64,000 bases of DNA. It comes from Balanoglossus misakiensis (taxonomy: Eukaryota > Animalia > Hemichordata). The stretch lies in assembly GCA_040954595.2 (NCBI GenBank), contig CM082590.2, positions 3,782,001 through 3,846,000 on the forward strand. Reading direction: 5' to 3'. Positions within the stretch are counted from its first letter, which is position 1. Each line of letters starts with the position of its first letter. Below the pieces are notes generated by a model, which saw only the letters and a list, made by a program, of their open reading frames with translations, made no database searches and was not told the origin of the DNA. Shown here piece by piece: positions 38,786 to 53,700 of this stretch. The translations under genes were made by a program, and so were the position numbers.

Positions 38786-41700
38786 TAGATCAAGGGTCAT
38801 TGCCAAAATTATCAAAATATTTGGGTTAAGTCCTGGCAGCAATAAAACTCATGTGAACAAAATCATGACTGTTTTGTTTTTTAACAAGAGACATATCCAA
38901 GTAGATCAAGGGTCATCGCCAAAATTATCAAAATGTTTGGGTTATGTCCTGGCAGCAATAAAACTCATGTGAACACAATCATGACTGTTGTGCTTTTTAA
39001 CAAGACACATATCCAAGTAGATCAAGGGTCATTGCCAAAATTATCAAAATATTTGGGTTATGTCCTGGCAGCAATAGTAGTCATATGAATATCAAGGGTC
39101 ATTACCAAAATTATCAAAATATTTGGGTTATGTCCTGGCAGCAATAGTAGTCATATGAATACAATTATGACTGTTGTGCTTTTTAACAAGAGACATATCC
39201 AAGTAGATCAAGGGTCATGGCCAAAATTATCAAAATATTTGGGTTATGTCCTGGCAGCAATAAAACTCATGTGAACAAAATAATGACTGTTGTGCTTTTT
39301 AACAAGAGACATATCCAAGTAGATCAAGGGTCATGGCCAAAATTATCAAAATATTTGGGTTATGTCCTGGCAGCAATAAAACTCATTTCAACACAATCAT
39401 GACTGTTGCGCTTTTTAACAAGAGACATATCCAAGTAGATCAAGGGTCATTGCCAAAATTATCAAAATATTTGGGTTAAGTCCTGGCAGCAATAAAACTC
39501 ATGTGAACAAAATCATGACTGTTGCGCTTTTTAACAAAAGACATATCCAAGTAGTTCAAGGGTCATTGCCATAATTATCAAAATATTTGGGTTATGTCCT
39601 GGCAGCGATAAAACTCATGTGAACACAATCTAGACTGTTGTGCTTTTTAACAAGAGACATATCCAAGAAGATCAAGAGTCATTGCTAAAATTATCAAAAT
39701 ATTTGGGTTATGTCCTGGCAGCAATAAAACTCATGTGAACAAAATCATGACTGTTGTGCTTTTTAACTAGCGACATATCCAAGTAGTTCAAGGGTCATTG
39801 CCATAATTATCAAAATATTTGGGTTATGTCCTGGCAGCAATAGTAGTCATATGAATATCAAGGGTCATTGCCAAAATTATCAAAATATTTGGGTTATGTC
39901 CTGGCAGCAATAGTAGTCATATGAATACAATTATGACTGTTGTGCTTTTTAACAAGAGACATATCCAAGTAGATCAAGGGTCATGGCCAAAATTATCAAA
40001 ATATTTGGGTTATGTCCTGGCAGCAATAAAACTCATGTGAACAAAATAATGACTGTTGTGCTTTTTAACAAGAGACATATCCAAGTAGATCAAGGGTCAT
40101 GGCCAAAATTATCAAAATATTTGGGTTATGTCCTGGCAGCAATAAAACTCATTTGAACACAATCATGACTGTTGTGCTTTTTAACAAGAGACATATCCAA
40201 GTAGATCAAGGGTCATTGCCAAAATTATCAAAATATTTGGGTTAAGTCCTGGCAGCAATAAAACTCATGTGAACAAAATCAAGACTGTTGTGCTTTTTAA
40301 CAAGAGACATATCCAAGAAGATCAAGAGTCATTGCCAAAATTATCAAAATATTTGGGTTATGTCCTGGCAGCAACAAAACTCATGTGAACAAAATCATGA
40401 CTGTTTTGTTTTTTAACAAGAGACATATCCAAGTAGATCAAGGGTCATCGCCAAAATTATCAAAATGTTTGGGTTATGTCCTGGCAGCAATAAAACTCAT
40501 GTGAACACAATCATGACTGTTGTGCTTTTTAACAAGACACATATCCAAGTAGATCAAGGGTCATTGCCAAAATTATCAAAATATTTGGGTTATGTCCTGG
40601 CAGCAATAGTAGTCATATGAATATCAAGGGTCATTGCCAAAATTATCAAAATATTTGGGTTATGTCCTGGCAGCAATAGTAGTCATATGAATACAATTAT
40701 GACTGTTGTGCTTTTTAACAAGAGACATATCCAAGTAGATCAAGGGTCATGGCCAAAATTATCAAAATATTTGGGTTATGTCCTGGCAGCAATAAAACTC
40801 ATGTGAACAAAATAATGACTGTTGTGCTTTTTAACAAGAGACATATCCAAGTAGATCAAGGGTCATGGCCAAAATTATCAAAATATTTGGGTTATGTCCT
40901 GGCAGCAATAAAACTCATTTGAACACAATCATGACTGTTGCGCTTTTTAACAAGAGACATATCCAAGTAGATCAAGGGTCATTGCCAAAATTATCAAAAT
41001 ATTTGGGTTAAGTCCTGGCAGCAATAAAACTCATGTGAACACAATCTAGACTGTTGTGCTTTTTAACAAGAGACATATCCAAGAAGATCAAGAGTCATTG
41101 CCAAAATTATCAAAATATTTGGGTTATGTCCTGGCAGCAATAAAACTCATGTGAACAAAATCATGACTGTTGTGCTTTTTAACTAGCGACATATCCAAGT
41201 AGTTCAAGGGTCATTGCCATAATTATCAAAATATTTGGGTTATGTCCTGGCAGCAATAGTAGTCATATGAATATCAAGGGTCATTGCCAAAATTATCAAA
41301 ATATTTGGGTTATGTCCTGGCAGCAATAGTAGTCATATGAATACAATTATGACTGTTGTGCTTTTTAACAAGAGACATATCCAAGTAGATCAAGGGTCAT
41401 GGCCAAAATTATCAAAATATTTGGGTTATGTCCTGGCAGCAATAAAACTCATGTGAACAAAATCATGACTGTTGTGCTTTTTAACTAGCGACATATCCAA
41501 GTAGTTCAAGGGTCATTGCCATAATTATCAAAATATTTGGGTTATGTCCTGGCAGCAATAGTAGTCATATGAATATCAAGGGTCATTGCCAAAATTATCA
41601 AAATATTTGGGTTATGTCCTGGCAGCAATAGTAGTCATATGAATACAATTATGACTGTTGTGCTTTTTAACAAGAGACATATCCAAGTAGATCAAGGGTC

Positions 41701-44700
41701 ATGGCCAAAATTATCAAAATATTTGGGTTATGTCCTGGCAGCAATAAAACTCATGTGAACAAAATCATGACTGTTGTGCTTTTTAACTAGCGACATATCC
41801 AAGTAGTTCAAGGGTCATTGCCATAATTATCAAAATATTTGGGTTATGTCCTGGCAGCAATAGTAGTCATATGAATATCAAGGGTCATTGCCAAAATTAT
41901 CAAAATATTTGGGTTATGTCCTGGCAGCAATAGTAGTCATATGAATACAATTATGACTGTTGTGCTTTTTAACAAGAGACATATCCAAGTAGATCAAGGG
42001 TCATGGCCAAAATTATCAAAATATTTGGGTTATGTCCTGGCAGCAATAAAACTCATGTGAACAAAATCATGACTGTTGTGCTTTTTAACTAGCGACATAT
42101 CCAAGTAGTTCAAGGGTCATTGCCATAATTATCAAAATATTTGGGTTATGTCCTGGCAGCAATAGTAGTCATATGAATATCAAGGGTCATTGCCAAAATT
42201 ATCAAAATATTTGGGTTATGTCCTGGCAGCAATAGTAGTCATATGAATACAATTATGACTGTTGTGCTTTTTAACAAGAGACATATCCAAGTAGATCAAG
42301 GGTCATGGCCAAAATTATCAAAATATTTGGGTTATGTCCTGGCAGCAATAAAACTCATGTGAACAAAATCATGACTGTTGTGCTTTTTAACTAGCGACAT
42401 ATCCAAGTAGTTCAAGGGTCATTGCCATAATTATCAAAATATTTGGGTTATGTCCTGGCAGCAATAGTAGTCATATGAATATCAAGGGTCATTGCCAAAA
42501 TTATCAAAATATTTGGGTTATGTCCTGGCAGCAATAGTAGTCATATGAATACAATTATGACTGTTGTGCTTTTTAACAAGAGACATATCCAAGTAGATCA
42601 AGGGTCATGGCCAAAATTATCAAAATATTTGGGTTATGTCCTGGCAGCAATAGTAGTCATATGAATATCAAGGGTCATTGCCAAAATTATCAAAATATTT
42701 GGGTTATGTCCTGGCAGCAATAGTAGTCATATGAATACAATTATGACTGTTGTGCTTTTTAACAAGAGACATATCCAAGTAGATCAAGGGTCATGGCCAA
42801 AATTATCAAAATATTTGGGTTATGTCCTGGCAGCAATAAAACTCATGTGAACAAAATAATGACTGTTGTGCTTTTTAACAAGAGACATATCCAAGTAGAT
42901 CAAGGGTCATGGCCAAAATTATCAAAATATTTGGGTTATGTCCTGGCAGCAATAAAACTCATTTGAACACAATCATGACTGTTGTGCTTTTTAACAAGAG
43001 ACATATCCAAGTAGATCAAGGGTCATTGCCAAAATTATCAAAATATTTGGGTTAAGTCCTGGCAGCAATAAAACTCATGTGAACAAAATCAAGACTGTTG
43101 TGCTTTTTAACAAGAGACATATCCAAGAAGATCAAGAGTTATTGCCAAAATTATCAAAATATTTGGGTTATGTCCTGGCAGCAATAAAACTCATGTGAAC
43201 AAAATCATGACTGTTGTGCTTTTTAACTAGCGACATATCCAAGTAGTTCAAGGGTCATTGCCATAATTATCAAAATATTTGGGTTAAGTCCTGGCAGCAA
43301 TAGTAGTCATGTAAAAATATAATGACTGTTGTGCTTTTTAACAAGAGACATATCCAAGTAGATCAAGATTCATTGCCAAAATTATCAAAATATTCGGGTT
43401 ATGTCCTGGCAGCAATTAAACTCATGTGAACACAATCATGACTGTCGTGCTTTTTAACAAGAGACATATCCAAGTAGATCAAGATTGATTGCCAAAATTA
43501 TCAAGATATTCGGGTTATGTCCTGGCAGCAATAAAACTCATGTGAACACAATCATGACTGTCGTGCTTTTTAACAAGAGACATATCCAAGTAGATCAAGA
43601 GTCATTGCCAAAATTATCAAAATATTCGGGTTATGTCCTGGCAGCAATAAAACTCATGTGAACACAATCATGACTGTCGTGCTTTTTAACAAGAGACATA
43701 TCAAAGTAGATCAAGAGTCATTGCCAAAATTATCAAAATATTCGGGTTATGTCCTGGCAGCAATAAAACTCATGTGAACACAATCATGACTGTCGTGCTT
43801 TTTAACAAGAGACATATCCAAGTAGATCAAGAGTCATTGCCAAAATTATCAAAATATTCGGGTTATGTCCTGGCAGCAATAAAACTCATGTGAACACAAT
43901 CATGACTGTCGTGCTTTTTAACAAGAGACATATCCAAGTAGATCAAGGGTCATTGCCAAAATTATCAAATATTTGGGTTATGTCATGGCAGCAATAAAAC
44001 TCATGTGAACAAAATCAAGACTGTTGTGCTTTTTAACAAGAGACATATCCAAGAAGATCAAGAGTCATTGCCAAAATTATCAAAATATTTGGGTTATGTC
44101 CTGGCAGCAATAAAACTCATGTGAACAAAATCATGACTGTTGTGCTTTTTAACTAGCGACATATCCAAGTAGTTCAAGGGTCATTGCCATAATTATCAAA
44201 ATATTTGGGTTAAGTCCTGGCAGCAATAGTAGTCATGTAAACAAAATAATGACTGTTGTGCTTTTTAACAAGAGACATATCCAAGTAGATCAAGGGTCAT
44301 TGCCAAAATTAACAAAATATTTGGGTTATGTCCTGGCAGCAATTAAACTCATGTGAACACAATCATGAATGTTGTTCTTTTTAACAAGAGACATATCCAA
44401 GTAGATCAAGATTCATTGCCAAAATTATCAAAATATTCGGGTTATGTCCTGGCAGCAATAGTAGTCATGTAAACAAAATAATGACTGTTGTGCTTTTTAA
44501 CAAGAGACATATCCAAGTAGATCAAGGGTCATTGCCAAAATTAACAAAATATTTGGGTTATGTCCTGGCAGCAATTAAACTCATGTGAACAAAATCATGA
44601 CTGTTGTGCTTTTTAACAAGAGACATATCCAAGTAGATCAAGGGTCATTGCCAAAATTATCAAAATATTCGGGTTATGTCCTGGCAGCAATAAAACTCAT

Positions 44701-47700
44701 GTGAACACAATCATGACTGTTGTTCTTTTTAACAAGAGACATATCCAAGTAGATCAAGGGTCATTGCCAAAATTATCAAATATTTGGGTTATGTCATGGC
44801 AGCAATAAAACTCATGTGAACAAAATAATGACTGTTGTGCTTTTTAACAAAAGATATATCCAAGTAGTTCAAGGGTCATTGCCAAAATTATCAAAATATT
44901 TGGGTTATGTCCTGGCAGCAATAAAACTCATGTGAACACAATCATGTCTGTTGTGCTTTTTAACAAGAGACATATCCAAGTAGATCAAGGGTCATTGCCA
45001 AAATTATCAAAATATTTGGGTTAAGTCCTGGCAGCAATAAAACTCGTGTGAACACAATCATGACTGTTGTGCTTTTTAACAAGTGACATATCCAAGTAGA
45101 TCAAGAGTCATTGCCAAAATTATCAAATTATTCAGGTTATGTCCTGGCAGCAATAAAACTCATGTGAACAAAATCATGACTGTTGTGCTTTTTAACAAAA
45201 GACATATCCAAGTAGTTCAAGGGTCATTGCCATAATTATCAAAATATTTGGGTTATGTCCTGGCAGCGATAAAACTCATGTGAACACAATCAAGACTGTT
45301 GTGCTTTTTAACAAGAGACATATCCAAGAAGATCAAGAGTCATTGCCAAAATTATCAAAATATTTGGGTTATGTCCTGGCAGCAATAAAACTCATGTGAA
45401 CAAAATCATGACTGTTGTGCTTTTTAACTAGCGACATATCCAAGTAGTTCAAGGGTCATTGCCATAATTATCAAAATATTTGGGTTAAGTCCTGGCAGCA
45501 ATAGTAGTCATGTAAACAAAATCATGACTGTTGTGCTTTTTAACAAGAGACATATCCAAGTAGATCAAGGGTCATGGCCAAAATTATAAAAATATTTGGG
45601 TTATGTCCTTGCTGCAATAAAACTCATGTGAACAAAATAATGACTGTTGTGCTTTTTAACAAGAGACATATCCAAGTAGATCAAGAGACATTACCAAAAT
45701 TATCAAAATATTTGGGTTATGTCCTGGCAGCAATAAAACTCATGTGAACAAAATAATGACTGTTGTGCTTTTTAACAAGAGACATATCCAAGTAGATCAA
45801 GGGTCATTGCCAAAATTATCAAATATTTGGGTTATGTCATGGCAGCAATAAAACTCATGTGAACAAAATAATGACTGTTGTGCTTTTTAACAAAAGATAT
45901 ATCCAAGTAGTTCAAGGGTCATTGCCAAAATTATCAAAAAATTTGGGTTAAGTCCTGGCAGCAATAGTAGTCATGTAAACAAAATCATGACTGATGTGCT
46001 TTTTAACAAGAGACATATCTAAGTAGATCAAGAGTCATTGCCAAAATTAACAAAATATTTGGGTTATGTCCTGGCAGCAATTAAACTCATGTGAACAAAA
46101 TCATGACTGTTGTGCTTTTTAACAAGAGACATATCCAAGTAGATCAAGGGTCATTGCCAAAATTATCAAAATATTTGGGTTATGTCCTGGCAGCAATAAA
46201 ACTCATGTGAACACAATCATGTCTGTTGTGCTTTTTAACAAGAGACATATCCAAGTAGATCAAGGGTCATTGCCAAAATTATCAAAATAGTTGGGTTAAG
46301 TCTTGGCAGCAATAAAACTCATGTGAACACAATCATGACTGTCGTGCTTTTTAACAAGTGACATATCCAAGTAGATCAAGAGTCATTGCCAAAATTATCA
46401 AATTATTCAGGTTATGTCCTGGCAGCAATTAAACTCATGTGAACAAAATCAAGACTGTTGTGCTTTTTAACAAGAGACATATCCAAGTAGATCAAGGGTC
46501 ATGGCCAAAATTATCAAAATATTTGGGTTATGTCCTGGCAGCAATAAAACTCATGTGAACAAAATAATGACTGTTGTGCTTTTTAACAAGAGACATATCC
46601 AAGTAGATCAAGGGTCATTGCCAAAATTATCAAAATATTTGGGTTAAGTCCTGGCAGCAATAAAACTCGTGTGAACACAATCATGACTTTTGTGCTTTTT
46701 AACAAGTGACATATCCAAGTAGATCAAGAGTCATTGCCAAAATTATCAAATTATTCGGGTTATGTCCTGGCAGCAATAAAACTCATGTGAACAAAATCAT
46801 GACTGTTGTGCTTTTTAACAAAAGACATATCCAAGTAGATCAAGGGTCATTGCCAAAATTATCAAAATATTTGGGTTAAGTCCTGGCAGCAATAAAACTC
46901 GTGTGAACACAATCATGACTGTTGTGCTTTTTAACAAGTGACATATCCAAGTAGATCAAGAGTCATTGCCAAAATTAACAAAATATTTGGGTTATGTCCT
47001 GGCAGCAATTAAACTCATGTGAACAAAATCATGACTGTTGTGCTTTTTAACAAGAGACATATCCAAGTAGATCAAGAGTCATTGCCAAAATTAACAAAAT
47101 ATTCGGGTTATGTCCTGGCAGCAATAAAACTCATGTGAACACAATCATGACTGTTGTGCTTTTTAAGAAGAGACATATCCAAGTAGATCAAGAGTCATTG
47201 CCAAAATTATCAAAATATTTGGGTTATGTCCTGGCAGCAATAAAACTCATGTGAACACAATCATGACTGTTATGCTTTTTAACTAGCGACATATCCAAGT
47301 AGTTCAAGGGTCATTGCCATAATTATCAAAATATTTGGGTTAAGTCCTGGCAGCAATAGTAGTCATGTAAACAAAATCATGACTGTTGTGCTTTTTAACA
47401 AGAGACATATCCAAGTAGTTCAAGGGTCATTGCCATAATTATCAAAATATTTGGGTTAAGTCCTGGCAGCAATAGTAGTCATGTAAACAAAATCATGACT
47501 GTTGTGCTTTTTAACAAGAGACATATCCAAGTAGATCAAGGGTCATGGCCAAAATTATAAAAATATTTGGGTTATGTCCTTGCTGCAATAAAACTCATGT
47601 GAACAAAATAATGACTGTTGTGCTCTTTAACAAGAGACATATCCAAGTAGATCAAGGGTCATTGCCAAAATTATCAAAATATTTAGGTTATGTCATGGCA

Positions 47701-50700
47701 GCAATAAAACTCATGTGAACAAAATAATGACTGTTGTGCTTTTTAACAAAAGATATATCCAAGTAGTTCTAGGGTCATTGCCAAAATTATCAAAATATTT
47801 GGGATAAGTCCTGGCAGCAATAGTAGTCATGTAAACAAAATCATGACTGATGTGCTTTTTAACAAGAGACATATCTAAGTAGATCAAGAGTCATTGCCAA
47901 AATTAACAAAATATTTGGGTTATGTCCTGGCAGCAATTAAACTCATGTGAACAAAATCATGACTGTTGTGCTTTTTAACAAGAGACATATCCAAGTAGAT
48001 CAAGATTCATTGCCAAAATTATCAAGATATTCGGGTTATGTCCTGGCAGCAATAAAACTCATGTGAACACAATCATGACTGTTGTGCTTTTTAACAAGAG
48101 ACATATCCAAGTAGATCAAGAGTCATTGCCAAAATTATCAAAATATTTGGGTTATGTCCTGGCAGCAATTAAACTCATGTGAACAATATCATGACTGTTG
48201 TGCTTTTTAACAAGAGACATATCCACGTAGATCAAGAGTCATTGCCAAAATTATCAAAATATTTGGGTTATGTCCTGGCAGCAATTAAACTCATGTGAAC
48301 AAAATCATGACTGTTGTGCTTTTTAAGAAGAGACATATCCAAGTAGATCAAGAGTCATTGCCAAACTTATCAAAATATTTGGGTTATGTCCTGGCAGCAA
48401 TAAAACTCATGTGAACACAATCATGACTGTTGTGCTTTTTAACTAGCGACATATCCAAGTAGATCAAGGGTCATTGCCATAATTATCAAAATATTTGGGT
48501 TAAGTCCTGGCAGCAATAGTAGTCATGTAAACAAAATCATGACTGTTGTGCTTTTTAACAAGAGACATATCCAAGTAGATCAAGGGTCATTGCCATAATT
48601 ATCAAAATATTTGGGTTAAGTCCTGGCAGCAATAGTAGTCATGTAAACAAAATCATGACTGTTGTGCTTTTTAACAAGAGACATATCCAAGTAGATCAAG
48701 GGTCATGGCCAAAATTATAAAAATATTTGGGTTATGTCCTTGCTGCAATAAAACTCATGTGAACAAAATAATGACTGTTGTGCTCTTTAACAAGAGACAT
48801 ATCCAAGTAGATCAAGGGTCATTGCCAAAATTATCAAAATATTTAGGTTATGTCATGGCAGCAATAAAACTCATGTGAACAAAATAATGACTGTTGTGCT
48901 TTTTAACAAAAGATATATCCAAGTAGTTCTAGGGTCATTGCCAAAATTATCAAAATATTTGGGATAAGTCCTGGCAGCAATAGTAGTCATGTAAACAAAA
49001 TCATGACTGATGTGCTTTTTAACAAGAGACATATCTAAGTAGATCAAGAGTCATTGCCAAAATTAACAAAATATTTGGGTTATGTCCTGGCAGCAATTAA
49101 ACTCATGTGAACAAAATCATGACTGTTGTGCTTTTTAACAAGAGACATATCCAAGTAGATCAAGATTCATTGCCAAAATTATCAAGATATTCGGGTTATG
49201 TCCTGGCAGCAATAAAACTCATGTGAACACAATCATGACTGTTGTGCTTTTTAACAAGAGACATATCCAAGTAGATCAAGAGTCATTGCCAAAATTATCA
49301 AAATATTTGGGTTATGTCCTGGCAGCAATTAAACTCATGTGAACAATATCATGACTGTTGTGCTTTTTAACAAGAGACATATCCACGTAGATCAAGAGTC
49401 ATTGCCAAAATTATCAAAATATTTGGGTTATGTCCTGGCAGCAATTAAACTCATGTGAACAAAATCATGACTGTTGTGCTTTTTAAGAAGAGACATATCC
49501 AAGTAGATCAAGAGTCATTGCCAAACTTATCAAAATATTTGGGTTATGTCCTGGCAGCAATAAAACTCATGTGAACACAATCATGACTGTTGTGCTTTTT
49601 AACTAGCGACATATCCAAGTAGATCAAGGGTCATTGCCATAATTATCAAAATATTTGGGTTAAGTCCTGGCAGCAATAGTAGTCATGTAAACAAAATCAT
49701 GACTGTTGTGCTTTTTAACAAGAGACATATCCAAGTAGATCAAGGGTCATTGCCATAATTATCAAAATATTTGGGTTAAGTCCTGGCAGCAATAGTAGTC
49801 ATGTAAACACAATCATGACTGTTGTGCTTTTTAACAAGAGACATATCCAAGTAGATCAAGGGTCATGGCCAAAATTATAAAAATATTTGGGTTATGTCCT
49901 TGCTGCAATAAAACTCATGTGAACAAAATAATGACTGTTGTGCTTTTTAACAAGAGACATATCCAAGTAGATCAAGAGACATTACCAAAATTATCAAAAT
50001 ATTTGGGTTATGTCCTGGCAGCAATAAAACTCATGTGAACAAAATAATGACTGTTGTGCTTTTTAACAAGAGACATATCCAAGTAGATCAAGGGTCATTG
50101 CCAAAATTATCAAATATTTGGGTTATGTCATGGCAGCAATAAAACTCATGTGAACAAAATAATGACTGTTGTGCTCTTTAACAAAAGATATATCCAAGTA
50201 GTTCAAGGGTCATTGCCAAAATTATCAAAATATTTGGGTTAAGTCCTGGCAGCAATAGTAGTCATGTAAACAAAATCATGACTGATGTGCTTTTTAACAA
50301 GAGACATATCTAAGTAGATCAAGAGTCATTGCCAAAATTAACAAAACATTTGGGTTATGTCCTGGCAGCAATTAAACTCATGTGAACAAAATCATGACTG
50401 TTGTGCTCTTTAACAAGAGACATATCCAAGTAGATCAAGAGTCACTGCCAAAATTATCAAAATATTTGGGTTATGTCCTGGCAGCAATAAAACTCATGTG
50501 AACACAATCATGACTGTTGTGCTTTTTAACTAGCGACATATCCAAGTAGTTCAAGGGTCATTGCCATAATTATCAAAATATTTGGGTTATGTCCTGGCAG
50601 CAATAGTAGTCATGTAAACAAAATCATGACTGTTGTGCTTTTTAACAAGAGACATATCCAAGTAGATCAAGGGTCATGGCCAAAATTATAAAAATATTTG

Positions 50701-53700
50701 GGTTATGTCCTTGCTGCAATAAAACTCATGTGAACCAAATATAACTGTTGTGCTTTTTAACAAGAGACATATCCAAGTAGATCAAGGGTCATTGCCAAAA
50801 TTATCAAAATATTTGGGTTATGTCCTGGCAGCAATAATAGTCATGTAAACAAAATCACGACTGTTGTGCTTTTTAACAAGAGACATATCCAATTAGATCA
50901 AGGGTCATTGCCAAAATTATCAAAATATTTGGGTTAAGTCTTGGCAGCAATAAAACTCATGTGAACAAAATCAGGACTGTCGTGCTTTTTAACAAGAGAC
51001 ATATCCAAGTAGATCAAGGGTCATGGCCAAAATTATAAAAATATTTGGGTGATGTCCTTGCTGCAATAAAACTCATGTGAACAAAATAATGACTGTTGTG
51101 CTTTTTAACAAGAGACATATCCAAGTAGATCAAGAGACATTACCAAAATTATCAAAATATTTGGGTTATGTCCTGGCAGCAATAAAACTCATGTGAACAA
51201 ATTAATGACTGTTGTGCTTTTTAACAAGAGACATATCCAAGTAGATCAAGGGTCATTGCCAAAATTATCAAATATTTGGGTTATGTCCTGTTAGCAATTA
51301 AACTCATGTGAACAAAATCATGACTGCTGTGCTTTTTAACAAGAGACATATCCAAGTAGATCAAGAGTCATTGCCAAAATTATCAAAATATTTGGGTTAT
51401 GTCCTGGCAGCAATAAAACTCATGTGAACAAATTAATGACTGTTGTGCTCTTTAACAAGAGACATATCCAAGTAGATCAAGGGTCATTGCCAAAATTATC
51501 AAATATTTGGGTTATGTCATGGCAGCAATAAAACTCATGTGAACAAAATAATGACTGTTGTGCTTTTTAACAAAAGATATATCCAAGTAGTTCAAGGGTC
51601 ATTGCCAAAATTATCAAAATATTTGGGTTAAGTCCTGGCAGCAATAGTAGTCATGTAAACAAAATCATGACTGATGTGCTTTTTAACAAGAGACATATCT
51701 AAGTAGAACAAGAGTCATTGCCAAAATTAACAAAATATTTGGGTTATGTCCTGGCAGCAATTAAACTCATGTGAACAAAATCATGACTGTTGTGCTTTTT
51801 AACAAGAGACATATCCAAGTAGATCAAGAGTCATTGCCAAAATTATCAAAATATTCGGGTTATGTTCTGGCAGCAATAAAACTCATGTGAACACAATCAT
51901 GACTGTTGTGCTTTTTAACAAGAGACATATCCAAGTAGATCAAGGGTCATTGCCAAAATTATCAAAATATTTGGGTTATGTCCTGGCAGCAATAAAACTC
52001 ATGTGAACACAATCATGTCTGTTGTGCTTTTTAACAAGAGACATATCCAAGTAGATCAAGGGTCATTGCCAAAATTATCAAAATATTTGGGTTAAGTCTT
52101 GGCAGCAATAAAACTCATGTGAACACAATCATGACTGTCGTGCTTTTTAACAAGAGACATATCCAAGTAGATCAAGGGTCATTGCCAAAATTATCAAAAT
52201 ATTTGGGTTATGTCCTGGCAGCAATAATAGTCATGTAAACAAAATCACGACTGTTGTGCTTTTTAACAAGAGACATATCCAAGTAGATCAAGGGTCATTG
52301 CCAAAATTATCAAAATATTTGGGTTAAGTCTTGGCAGCAATAAAACTCATGTGAACACAATCATGACTGTCGTGCTTTTTAACAAGAGACATATCCAAGT
52401 AGATCAAGGGTCATTGCCAAAATTATCAAAATATTTGGGTTATGTCCTGGCAGCAATAATAGTCATGTAAACAAAATCATGACTGTTGTGATTTTTAACA
52501 AGAGACATACCCGAGTAGATTAAGGGTCATTGCCAAAATTATCAAAATATTTGGGTTATGTCCTGGCAGCAATAGTAGTCATATGAATATCAAGGGTCAT
52601 TGCCAAAATTATCAAAATATTTGGGTTATGTCCTGGCAGCAACAGTAGTCATATGAATACAATTATGACTGTTGTGCTTTTTAACAAGCGACATATCCAA
52701 GTAGATCAAGGGTCATGGCCAAAATTATCAAAATATTTGGGTTATGTCCTGGCAGCAATAAAACTCATGTGAACAAATTAATGACTGTTGTGCTTTTTAA
52801 CAAAAGACATATCCAAGTAGATCAAGGGTCATGGCCAAAATTATCAAAATATTTGGGTTATGTCCTGGCAGCTATAAAACTCATTTGAACACAATCATGA
52901 CTGTTGGGCTTTTTAACAAGAGACATATCCAAGTAGATCAAGGGTCATTGCCAAAATTATCAAAATATTTGGGTTAAGTCCTGGCAGCAATAAAACTCGT
53001 GTGAACACAATCATGACTGTTGTGCTTTTTAACAAGTGACATATCCAAGTAGATCAAGAGTCATTGCCAAAATTATCAAATTATTCGGGTTATGTTCTGG
53101 CAGCAATAAAACTCATGTGAACAAAATAAAGACTGTTGTGCTTTTTAACAAGAGACATATCCAAGTAGATCAAGGGTCATGGCCAAAATTATCAAAATAT
53201 TTGGGTTATGTCCTGGCAGCAATAAAACTCATGTGAACAAAATAATGACTGTTGTGCTTTTTAACAAGAGACATATCCAAGTAGATCAAGGGTCATTGCC
53301 AAAATTATCAAAATATTTGGGTTAAGTCCTGGCAGCAATAAAACTCGTGTGAACACAATCATGACTGTTGTGCTTTTTAACAAGTGACATATCCAAGTAG
53401 ATCAAGAGTCATTGCCAAAATTATCAAAGTATTCGGGTTATGTCCTGGTAGCAATAAAACTCATGTGAACAAAATCATGACTGTTGTGCTTTTTAACAAA
53501 AGACATATCCAAGTAGTTCAAGGGTCATTGCCATAATTATCAAAATATTTGGGTTATGTCCTGGCAGCAATAAAACTCATGTGAACAAAATAATGACTGT
53601 TGTGCTTTTTAACAAGAGACATATCCAAGTAGATCAAGGGTCATTGCCAAAATTATCAAAATATTTGGGTTATGTCATGGCAGCAATAAAACTCATGTGA

